Shown here: positions 13,360 to 43,900 of the stretch, one piece after another | Layout: each line of letters opens with the position of its first letter | Numbering within the stretch: position 1 is the first letter of the stretch | Source of the DNA: Phyllobates terribilis | Lineage: Eukaryota | Assembly (NCBI RefSeq): GCF_046119375.1 | Contig: NW_027362770.1 | Location: 161,944,001 to 162,008,000 of the forward strand | Length of the DNA stretch: 64,000 nucleotides | Direction: 5' to 3' | Notes under the pieces: model-generated | Seen by the model: only the letters and a program-made list of their open reading frames with translations | The model's database searches: none | What the model was told of the DNA's origin: nothing | Program-made: the position numbers and the translations under genes

Positions 13360-13365
13360 TTTATT
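13360..13365 (-). terminator. Candidate TTC38 polyadenylation signal (AATAAA)
   Basis: TTTATT on + strand about 290 nt downstream of the TTC38 stop. Confidence 0.5.
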
Positions 13366-13652
13366 GTACAGAAAATTACTACAAAAGCGAGAATCTTAAA
13401 TTCTGAAATTCACATTGAAAAACTATGAATTTTACTATAGATGGCGCTGGAGAGTGTTTTCTTCCATCTGTAGAGCCATTTTGCACATTTTTCCAGGTAG
13501 CATTTTTTTTTTTTGGGAAGGGGGGGGGGGGGGCGGACAAAGGGAGCAGGTGTACTTACTAAGGCCTATTGATTTAATAGGGCTCGATCTCCAGTCCCCT
13601 ATTAAGAGTTGCACTTTCCTGATTGATTGTATGGATCCCGGATTAGTGCTAC

Positions 13653-32223
<18,571 letters not shown>

Positions 32224-32649
32224 ACTGATTCCTACTCACTGGGATTGTGAAGAGCGCTCAGTGCTGCAGATCATCTGCTTGTGCTGCACTAAAGCCTTCC
32301 CCCACACTAGGAGGAGACCTGCACACAGGAAGAGGAAGCAGGGCCATAGTACAGTATGTGATGAGTGTGGATGCACCATACATTGCTATACATTGGGTAG
32401 ATTGTGCTTGCATTGATGTAGCAGAGCTGAATCGGTTGTATTGTTTGTGTCAGGGATATTACTCGCTCTGCAGTCCTAGGTAAAAGCCTTGATAGCAAAT
32501 CCGCACACCAGTGATGTCCTGGCAAATTCATCCAGCCCTGCTACATCTGCGTGTCCTGTGTTTTAACCCCTTCCTCTCTGTCACTTTTTTTAAGGCTATG
32601 TTCCCACGATGAGCTTTTGACACTGTTGAATTCCTGCGCCTATTATTTA

Positions 32650-32990
32650 AATTAGGTTACTTTTTTATTGCGTTTTTGTGTGTGGTTTTTATTGCTTTTT
32701 TTTTGTGCGTTTTTGTGTGTGGTTTTTATTGCTTTTTTTTGTGCGTTTTTGTGTGCGGTTTTATTGCGTTTTTTTGTGCGTTTATTGCATTTTTGTGTGC
32801 GTTTTTTTAATTGCTTTTTTTATTGTGTTTTTGTGTGTGTTTTTTTATTGCGTTTTTGTGTGCGGGTTTTTTATTGCATTTTTGTGCGTTTTTTTATTGC
32901 GTTTTATTGTGCATTTTTTATTGCATTTATTATTGCATTTTTGTGTGGTTTTTTTACCTTACGTTTTAATTATTTTTATATATTTTATTG
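32650..32990. repeat. T/G-rich low-complexity repeat (TTTTTGTGCG / TTTTATTGC)
   Basis: Seen directly; source of the spurious Phe/Cys/Val ORFs. Confidence 0.85.
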
Positions 32991-33612
32991 GTTTAAAAGA
33001 AAAAAACTAAAATAAATAAAAAAAAATTGGTTTGACTCCTTATTTTCTGAGCCCTGTAATGCCCCCCCCCCCCCCCCTTGATGGAGCCGTGCGAGGGTTT
33101 GTTTTTTGGTGATCATTGATACCGGTTTGGGTTACATACGACGTTTCGTTTGCTTTTTTTCACTGCGTTTTTGTGCGTTTTTTTTTTAACATGCATTTTA
33201 ATTATTTTTAGATATTTTGTTGTTTAAGGAAAAAAAATCTGAACTTTTGTAACAAAAAAAAAAAAAATAATTTGGCTTGACTCCCCATTTTCTGAGCCCT
33301 GTAACGTCTCACCCGCACCTTGATGGAGCTGTGTGAGGGTTTTCTGTTTGGTACTTGATACCAGTTTTGGTTGCTTTTTATGGCATTTTTTTGTTGTGGG
33401 AGATGCAGCAGCTAAAACCCCCCCCCCCCCAAAAAAAACGCCTTTTTTCCGTTACGGCATTGTTCTTTATGGGTTAGTTCATTTTAGATTTTTATCTCAC
33501 GTGACAATACCAAATAAGCTTATTATATTTTTTTTTTTTAGATTTTTATTTTCAGATTGGGAAAATTGGGCGATTCCAACTTCTTCTTTTTCATATCTTT
33601 TGAAAGTGTTAT

Positions 33613-34010
33613 GTAAAGGGGTATTCCCATCTCCAAGATCCTATCCCAATATCTAGTAAGTGTAATAATATTAATATTAGCAAATTCCTCCAATTAGAAA
33701 TGTAGTATAGTTCTAGTGATTTGCTTAACCCTATGTTCTTCTGATTAGCTATGTCACTTACCCCATGTGCAGGGCATTGTAGTAGCTTAATATCCATGGT
33801 TACAACCACTATTATAGTGACCGTTAGTTAGCTGTTAGTGGTAGTAACCATGGATATCTAAACTACTGCAATGCCCTGCACATGGGGTAAGCGACATAGC
33901 TAATCAGAAAAACTATACTACATTTCTAATTGGACGTATTTGCTAATATTAATATTATTACACCTACTACATATTGGGATAGGAGCTTGGAGATGGGAAC
34001 ACCCCTTTAA
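33613..34010. mobile_element. T2/Kolobok-like palindromic MITE
   Basis: AGGGGTATTCCCATCTCCAAGATCCTATCCCAATAT ... ATATTGGGATAGGAGCTTGGAGATGGGAACACCCCT-TTAA. Confidence 0.8.
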
Positions 34011-34141
34011 CTATATATCTAATTTCCGACCAGTGACATATGCAGTTGATAGCGACACAACGGTACATTATACGACATACATAGTATTACACACTTCGTT
34101 ACAAACTACTATCTGTTGATCAATGCATTTTCTATTTCCAG

Positions 34142-34938
34142 ATGGACCTTGATGAATCCCAAAATCCAAAAGGAATATTTGAATGTCAGCTCTGCAGGTT
34201 ATCTGTCCCATATTCTTACTTTGGCCAGAAACCACCGTATACACAATCCATCATGTAAGTAAACGTAACCTTCATGTTACCTGGAAACCATCAACAAGCA
34301 GGCTATTTGCTTCTTTACAGTTATTATGGCTTTTCTTTTGTTATTTTAGAGAGTCTGACTGTCCAAAACGGTCCCAAATAAGGTTAGATAGAGCTGCAAC
34401 TTGAAATGGTGTAATTCCTTTCTTCACCTGTGGGAGTGCTGCAGGGAAACCACCCTGTTAATACCTGATTCACACACAGCTGATTGAAATCAGCTTATAA
34501 AGTGTTACCAACCCCTTTAAGTGAATCATAGGCCAACGCATTTTTATATTATATATCCTATGTGTGCAATATAAGCGGTGATTTCCCATTTTGTTACAGC
34601 CTCCTGGAAGAATGCTATGTTATGAGGGATCCCTTCATGCCGGACAAAGAGAAGTTCCTGATTCTGGGCTCCCCCTGCAGTCTGTGTACGCGGGTGGTCT
34701 GTGTCGGCACGGTAAAGAATTGTGCTATTTACAGCTATACAAAAGGACAATAGCACCATAGAAGTGACAAGAACTATAGGCCTCAGTTATCAAAACTGTC
34801 TACAAGGAAAACTGTTGCCCATAGCAACCAATCACAGCTCAGCTTTCATCTTTTAAACAGCTCAGGTGAAATGAAAGCTGCTCTGTGATTGGTTGCTATG
34901 GGCAACACCGACAGGGTAACCTGTTGTGGTTGAGAAGA

Positions 34939-34983
<45 letters not shown>

Positions 34984-37900
34984 TACAGACCAAAAGTTTG
35001 GACACACCTTTTCATTTAAAGATTTTTCTGTATTTCCATGATTTTGAAAATTGTACATTCACACTGAAGGCATCAAAACTATGAATTAACAGATGTGGAA
35101 TTATATACTTAACAAAAAAGTGTGAAACAACTGAAAATATGTCTTATATTCTAGGTTCTTCAAAGTAGCCACCTTTTGCTTTGATGACTGCTTTGCACAC
35201 TCATGGCATTCTCTTGATGAGCTTCAAGAGGTAGTCACCGGAAATGGTCTTCCAACAATCTTGAAGGAGTTCCCAGAGATGCTTAGCACTTGTTGGCCCT
35301 TTTGCCTTCACTCTGCGGTCCAGCTCACCCCAAACCATCTCGATTGGGTTCAGGTCTGGTGACTGTGGAGGCCAGGTCATCTGGCGTAGCACCCCATCAC
35401 TCTCCTTCTTGGTCAAATAGCCCTTACACAGCCTGGAGGTGTGTTTGGGGTCATTGTCCTGTTGAAAAATAAATGATGGTCCAACTAAACGCAAACCGGA
35501 TGGAATAGCACGCCGCTGCAAGATGCTGTGGTAGCCATGCTGGTTCAGTATGCCTTCAATTTTGAATAAATCCCCAACAGTGTCACCAGCAAAGCACCCC
35601 CACACCATCACACCTCCTCCTCCATGCTTCACGGTGGGAACCAGGCATGTAGGGTCCATCCGTTCACCTTTTCTGCGTCGCACAAAGACACGGTGGTTGG
35701 AACCAAAGATCTCAAATTTGGACTCATCAGACCAAAGCACAGATTTCCACTGGTCTAATGTCCATTCCTTGTGTTCTTTAGCCCAAACAAGTCTCTTTTG
35801 CTTGTTGCCTGTCCTTAGCAGTGGTTTCCTAGCAGCTATTTTACCATGAAGGCCTGCTGCACAAAGTCTCCTCTTAACAGTTGTTGTAGAGATGTGTCTG
35901 CTGCTAGAACTCTGTGTGGCATTGACCTGGTCTCTAATCTGAGCTGCTGTTAACCTGCGATTTCTGAGGCTGGTGACTCGGATAAACTTATCCTCAGAAG
36001 CAGAGGTGACTCTTGGTCTTCCTTTCCTGGGGCGGTCCTCATGTGAGCCAGTTTCTTTGTAGCGCTTGATGGTTTTTGCAACTGCACTTGGGGACACTCG
36101 TTTTTCTTTACTTAGCTGCTTTTTTCTTGCCATAATACAAATTCTAACAGTCTATTCAGTAGGACTATCACCTGTGTATCCACCAGACTTCTGCACAACA
36201 CAACTGATGGTCCCAACCCCATTTATAAGGCAAGAAATCCCACTTATTAAACCTGACAGGGCACACCTGTGAAGTGAAAACCATTTCCGGTGACTACCTC
36301 TTGAAACTCATCAAGAGAATGCCAAGAGTGTGCAAAGCAGTCATCAAAGCAAAAAGTGGCTACTTTGAAGAACCTAGAATATAAGACATATTTTCAGTTG
36401 TTTCACACTTTTTTGTTAAATATATAATTCCACATGTGTTAATTCATAGCTTTGATGCCTTCAGTGTGAATGTACAATTTTCATAGTCATGAAAATACAG
36501 AAAAATCTTTAAATGAGAAGGTGTGTCCAAACTTTTGGTTTGTACTGTAATATATATATATATATACTGCTCAAAAAATTAAGGGAACACTCCAATAACA
36601 CATCCTAGATCTGAATGAATGAAATATTCTCATTGAATACTGTGTTCTGTACAAAGTTGAATGTGCTGACAACAAAATCACACAAAAATCATCAATGGAA
36701 ATCAAATTTATTAACCAATGGAGGCCTGGATTTGGAGTCACCGCCAAAATTAAAGTGGAGAAACACACTACAGGCTGATCCAACTTTGATGTAATGTCCT
36801 TAAAACAAGTCAAAATGAGGCTCAGTATTGTGTGGCCTCCACGTGCCTGTATGACCTCCCTACAACGCCTGGGCATGCTCCTGATGAGGTTGTGGATGGT
36901 CTCCTGTGGGATCTCCTCCCAGACCTGGACTAAAGCATCCGCCAACTCCTGGACAGTCTGTGGTGCAACATGACATTGGTGGATGGAGCGAGACATGATG
37001 TCCCAGATGTGCTCAATCGGATTCAGGTGTGGGGAACGGGCGGGCCAGTCCATAGCTTCAATGGCTTCATCTTGCAGGACCTGCTGACACACTCCAGCCA
37101 CATGAGGTCTGGCATTGTCCTGCATTAGGAGGAACCCAGGGCCAACCGCACCAGCATATGGTCTCACAAGGGGTCTGAGGATCTCATCTCAGTACCTAAT
37201 GGCAATCAGGCTAGCTCTGGCGAGCACATGGAGGGCTGTGCGGCCCTCCAAAGAAATGCCACCCCACACCATTACTGACCCACTGCCAAACCGGTCATGC
37301 TGAAGGATGTTGCAGGCAGCAGATCGCTCTCCACGGCGTCTCCAGACTCTGTCACGTCTGTCACATGTGCTCAGTGTGAACCTGCTTTCCTCTGTGAAGA
37401 GCACAGGGCGCCAGTGGCGACTTTGCCAATCCTGGTGTTCTGTGGCAAATGCCAAGCGTCCTGCACGGTGTTGGGCTGTGAGCACAACCCCCATTTGTGG
37501 ATGTCGGGCCCTCATACCACCCTCATGGAGTCGATTTCTATCCGTTTGTGCAGACACATGCACATTTGTGGCCTGCTGGAGGTCATTTTGCAGGGCTCTG
37601 TCAGTGCTCCTCCTGTTCCTCCTTGCACAAAGGCGGAGGTAGCGGTCCTGCTGCTGGGTTGTTGCCCTCCTATCTAAAGTCGATCGCAGCATTGCGGGGG
37701 CAAGGGGAGGTGATCGGGACACTCACCTCTCATGCCGGCCTCCAGCGCTGTCTGCCACGACTTCCCGGATGTTGCCATGATGACCCGATGGTTAGGGTTG
37801 TGCCAGGGTTAGGGTTGTGCTTGGGCTTGGGCTAGGGTTATGGCTAGGGTTAGGGTTGGGGTTAGGTTTTGGGCTAGGGTTGGGGTTGTGCTAGGGTTAG

Positions 37901-40900
37901 GGTTGTGCTAGGGTTGTGCTAGGGTTAGGGTTGTGGTTGGGCTAGGGTTAGGGTTGGGTTACGGTTGGGGCTAGTGTTGGGATTTTTTTTCAAAAGTAAA
38001 AAAAAAAAGATGACGATATGGCGACCAGTGTTGAGTGCAAGTGCTCGGTAATTGAGTTTGCATCGGGTGCTCGGGTATGCACTGAGTATCGCGGGTGCTC
38101 GAGTGACATGTTCGAGTTTCCGCCCCTCGTGGGGATTTCCTGCCATGCACGAGCGATCCCCGCATGTTTTTTTTGGGTGTCTAATAACTGTGAAACATGC
38201 GGGCGGGGACTCGAGCACGCGCGATTCATGGTGCATACCCGAGTACCCGATGCAAACTCAAGTAGCGAGCACTTGCGCTCAAGACTAATGACAACTTATT
38301 CAATATGATGACCTAATGTTATCAAATTGGGCAAGGGTTGGGGTTAGAGTTGTGGTTGGGCTAGGGTTAGGGCTGTGCTAGGGTTAGGGTTGTGCTAGGG
38401 TTAGGGTTGGGCTAGTGTTAGGGTTGGGCTAGTGTTAGGGTTGGGCTAGGGTTAGGGTTGGGCTAGGGTTAGGGTTGGGCTAGGGTTAGGGTTGTGGTTA
38501 GGATTGGGGCTAGGGTTAGGGCTAGGGTTGCGCTAGGGTTAGGGTTTTGCTAGGGTTAGGGTTGTGGTTAGGGTTGGGGCTAGTTTTGTGGTTAGGGTTG
38601 GGGCTAGGGTTAGGGTTGGGGCTAGGGTTAGGGTTGGGGCTAGGGTTAGGGTTGGGGCTAGGGTTAGGGTTGTGCTAGGGTTAGGGTTGTGTTTAGGGTT
38701 AGGGTTGTGTTTAGGGTTAGGGTTGTGTTTAGGGTTGTGGTTGGGCTAGGGTTAGGGTTGGGGCTAGGGTTAGGGTTGGGGTTAGGGTTGGGGCTAGGGT
38801 TAGGCTTAGAGTTGGGATTTTTTTCAAAAGTAAAAAAAAAAAAAAAAAAAAGATGACGATATGGCGACTAGTGTTGAGTGCAAGTGCTCGCTAATTGAGT
38901 TTGCATCGAGTGCTCGGGTATGCACTGAGTATCTCGGGTGCTTGAGTGACATGTTCGAGTTTCCGCCCCTCGAGGGGATTTCCTGCCATGCACGAGCGAT
39001 CCCCGCATGTCATTCGAGCACCCATGATACATGGTGCATACCAGAGTACCCGATGCAAACTCAAGTAGCGAGCACTTGCGCTCAAGACTAATGACAACTT
39101 ATTCAATATGATGACCTAATGTTATCAAATTCTGTCGTACCTCTGGGTTCAAAATGTTCACTATACCCCTTGATAAAATCTTTGAGAGGTGTAGTTTCCA
39201 AAATGGGGTCACTTGTGGGGGGTTTCCACTATTTAGGCACATCAGGGGCTCTCCAAACGCGACATGGCGTCCGATCTCGATTTCAGCCAATTTTGCGTTC
39301 AAAAAGTCACACAGTGCTCCTTCCCTTCTTTACTCTGCCATGCGCCCAAACACTGTATTTTCCCCACATATGGGGTATCGGCGTGCTCAGGAGGAATTGC
39401 ACAAGAAATTGCATGGTGCAATTTCTCCTGTTACCCTTACGAAAATGCAAAATTGGGGGCTGAAAAACATTTTTGTTGCAAAAATGTGAATTTTATTTTT
39501 ACGGCTCAAGATTATAAACTTCTGTGAAGCACCTGGGGGTTCAAGGTGCTCACCACACATCCAGATAAGTTCCCTGAGGGGTCTAGTTTCCAAAATGGTG
39601 TCACTTGTGGGGGCTTTCCACTGTTTAGGCAAATCAGGGGTTACTCACAAACAGGGCCGGCGTCAGCACCCGGCGCACCCGGGCAAATGCCGGGGCCCTG
39701 AGCACACAGAGGGGCCCACTGGCGGTTGCGCACCGCGCTGGGCTATGGGCGGAGGAGAGCGGTGTCAGCGCCTGCCCTTCTCTGCCGCTTGCTCAGGGCC
39801 CCGGCAGCCGGATACTTACCTCTCCCCATGCCTCCGCAGATCCGCTGTCTTCCTGCTCTGAGCTCCCTGTGACGTCTCAGGTCAGAGGGCGCGGTGACGT
39901 CTTTTCACCGCGCCCTCCCCTGGCCGTCACAGCGAGCGCTGAGCGGGAAGACACCGACAACGCTGGCGTTCGGACCCGAGCAGCGGGCAGCAGGTAGCAG
40001 GTGAGGAGAAGGGAGGTGAGTATTTTTTTTTTTTTTTTTTAATGTGTGGAGGCATGGGGCAGTATAAAGAGAAGGGGGGGGGGCATCCTGCATGGGGCAT
40101 TATAAAGAGGGGGGGGGGACATCCTGCATGTGGCATTATATAGAGGGGGGGGGGGGTGACATCCTGCATGGGGCATTATAAGGTGGGGAACAGCCTGCAT
40201 GGAGCATTATAAGGGGGGGCAGCCTGTATGGGGCATTATGTGGGGGGGTAACAGCCTGCATGGAGCATTAAAAGGGGGGGGGGGGCTGTATGGGGCATTA
40301 TGTGGGGGGGAACAGCCTGCATGGAGCATTATAAGGGGGGGGGCATCCTGCATGGGGCATTATAAAGAGGGGGGGGCATCCTGCATGGGGCATTATATAG
40401 AGGGGGGGGGTGACATCCTGCATGGGGCATTATAAGGTGGGGAACAGCCTGCATGGGGCATTATAAAGGGGGGGGGGGGCAGCCTGCATAGTGCATTATG
40501 TGGGGGGGAACAGCCTGCATTGAGCATTATAAGGGGGGGCAGCCTGTATTGGGCATTATGTGGGGGGTAACAGCCTGCATGGAGCATTAAAAGGGGGGAG
40601 CCTGTATGGGGCATTATGTGGGGGGTAACAGCCTGCATGGAGCATTATAAGGGGGGGACAGCCTGTATGGGGCATTATGTGGGGGGTAACAGCCTGCATG
40701 CAGCATTATATGGGGACCGGTATCCTGTATGGAGAGTTATAAGGGGACCGGTATCCTGTATGGAGCGTTATAAGGGGACCGGTATCCTGTATGGAGCGTT
40801 ATAAGGGGACCGGTATCCTGTATGGAGCGTTATAAGGGGACCGGTATCCTGTATGAAGCGTTATATGGGGGCCGGTATCCTGTATGGAGTTTTATAAGGG

Positions 40901-43900
40901 GACCAGTATCCTGTATGGAACGTTATATGGGGGCCAGTATCCTGTATGGAGCTTTATAAGGGGACCAGTATCCCGTATGGAGCGTTATATGGGGGCCAGT
41001 ATTCCGTATGGAGCCTTATATGGGGGCCAGTATTCCGTATGGAGCCTTATATGGGGGCCAGTATTCCGTATGGAGCCTTATATGGGGGCCAGTATTCCGT
41101 ATGGGGCATAATATGGGGGCCAGTATTCCGTATGGAGCCTTATATGGGGGCCAGTATTCCGTATGGAGCCTTATATGGAGGCCAGTATTCCGTATGGAGC
41201 CTTATATGGGGGCCAGTATTCCGTATGGGGCATAATATGGGGGCCAGTATTCCGTATGGAGCCTTATATGGGGGCCAGTATTCCGTATGGAGCCTTATAT
41301 GGGGGCCAGTATTCCGTATGGAGCCTTATATGGGGGCCAATATTCCGTATGGAGCCTTATATGGGGGCCAGTATTCCGTATGGAGCCTTATATGGGGGCC
41401 AGTATTCCGTATGGAGCCTTATATGGGGGCCAGTATTCCGTATGGAGCATTTTATTGGGGCCAGTATTCCGTATGGAGCCTTATATGGGGGCCAGTATTC
41501 CGTATGGAGCCTTATATGGGGGCCAGTATTCCGTATGGAGCCTTATATGGGGGCCAGTATTCCGTATGGAGCATTTTATTGGGGCCAGTATTCCGTATGG
41601 AGCCTTACATGGGGGCTAGTATTCCGTATGGAGCCTTACATGGGGGCCAGTATTCCGTATGGAGCCTTATATGTGGGCCAGTATTCCGTATGGAGCATTT
41701 TATTGGGGCCAGTATTCCGTATGGAGCATTTTATTGGGGCCAGTATTCCGTATGGAGCCTTACATGGGGGCTAGTATTCCGTATGAAGCCTTACATGGGG
41801 GCCAGTATTCCGTATGGAGCCTTACATGGGGGCTAGTATTCCGTATGAAGCCTTACATGGGGGCCAGTATTCCGTATGGAGCCTTATATGGGGGCCAGTA
41901 TTCCGTATGGAGCATTTTATTGGGGCCAGTATTCCGTATGGAGCCTTATATGGGGGCCAGTATTCTGTGTGGAGCGATTCGCTGGTTTCTGAGCTATTGT
42001 GTAATTTACAATAGATATCACTCATGTAATGTAAGAAGTGAAATCTTTGCATTGTACTATATATATATATATATATTTCTCCGCTGTATCTCTGCATCAT
42101 GAATCGTGGTATGTGTTAAAGGGGCCCACTGAAACTCTTTCGCCCGGGGCCCAGAAAAACCTGGAGCCGGCCCTGCTCACAAACATCATGGAATCCGCTA
42201 ATTATTCAAGCAAATTTTACATTCAAAAAGTCAAATGGCGCTCCTTCCCTTCCAAACCCTGCCGTGCGCCCAAACAGTGGTTTTTCCCCACATATGGGAT
42301 ATCTGCGTGCTCAGGGGAAATTGCACAACAAATTTTGGGGTTCATTTTTTCTTGTTACCCCTGCAAAAAGAAAAAATGTGTCTAAAGTAATATTTTTGTG
42401 AAAAAAGTAAAAAGTTAAATGTTAATTTCTCCAATAACCCCCCACGACAGCACCAAAGGAAAAGGAGGTCAAATAGCCCCTCCCTCATCCTCCCGCCAGT
42501 GTTTTTCCTGTCCCTATTGGGATGAAGAGGTCATCCAGGGTGCTCTGTGCCAGCGGCAGACACCTAGCATACCTTTAAGCCAGGCAGCTGGGACCGAGCG
42601 GTCTTCTCCTCATCCCTGCAAGCTGCTCCCGTCTCCTTGTAACCCCCATCCCCACCGAGTCCACACCTGCGGGTAAGGTCCGGTGGGTGTCGTGCTGGAG
42701 GCCTCCTCGAACTCTCCAGCCAAGCTCCCCCCCCCCCCCCCCCTCAGGCGGCCTCCGGAGCGGCTCAGGCGATCTCCATAGCGGAGGAGACGCGCGCCAG
42801 ATCCCGGAAGTGACGCGGACCACTGGATTAGATCACTTCCGGTCTGCGTTCCTCCCTGGAACACAACAGCCTAGGATCGGCCGGAAAGTGACGTGGGACG
42901 CCGAAACAGGGTCCCTGAGGTTACTTCTGGTCCGTTTAGGGCGCGCACACACAGTCTAACACATCCTGCACCAGGAAATAAGTCTAGCCGGAAGTGTGCT
43001 ATATGTGCAAGAAAGCTATCTTCTTCAAACAAAAAATATCTATGCCAAAAATGTAGGGAGAAAACTACTAGGGAAGAGCAGCCGTCTCTTATAGACGAAA
43101 TCAAGGGGATAGTCCATCAAGAGGTTCAATCTTCATTGGCCTCCTTCTCCCGATCCACTTCTTATTCCCATCCAAAGGCTAAGAAGAGGAAGATTTCCCT
43201 GGAAGAAAAAAGAGACTCGGACTCCCAGGACGAGATATCCCTTCCAGAAGACCTCATAGAGGAATGTGAACTTAGCCCAGCAGAGGAAGGTCTGGAAAAT
43301 AAGAAATATTATTTCTCAGCGGAATTTATGGAAGACCTCCTCACAGCGGTAAGAAGAATGATGGAGGTGGAAGAAGAGAAGCCCACTAGATCGGTCCAGG
43401 AAGAGATGTTCGGTGGTCTCTGTTCAAAGAAAAAGATGGTGTTCCCAATACATAAAAACATTCAGGACTTAATCCTGGACAAATGGGAAAATCCGGAAAG
43501 ACGACTGAATACACCAACAGAATTAAAAGATAGGTTTCCGGTAGATGAAGAAACCTCAAAATGTTGGACCGAGATACCTAAGGTCGATATTCAGGTGGCA
43601 AGAGTCGCTAAAAAGACAACATTGCCATTCTAGGATTCATTACAACTGAAGGATCCTCTGGACCGCAAGATGGACAGCCTTCTCAGGAAATCCTGGGAAA
43701 CATCAGCAGCCCTTCTGAACACAAACGTAGTCTCCATGAGTATTGCACGATCCATGTCGAGATGGCTCAACCAACTTGAAGAGCATCTGGCTATGGGCAC
43801 ATCCAGAGAAGAGATACAGGCTTCCCTACCTTTACTGCAGAAGGCTACTGACTTTCTGGCAGATGCTTCAGCGGAATCTGTGAGAGTAACCGCTAGGGCA

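Noticed and set aside
37790-38815. True chromosome end or fusion site
   Set aside because: Repeats are degenerate, single-orientation, embedded in TE sequence inside a gene intron, with no head-to-head TTAGGG/CCCTAA junction.
40884-42102. [22 protein letters not shown] repeat ORFs
   Set aside because: 31-bp minisatellite translations.
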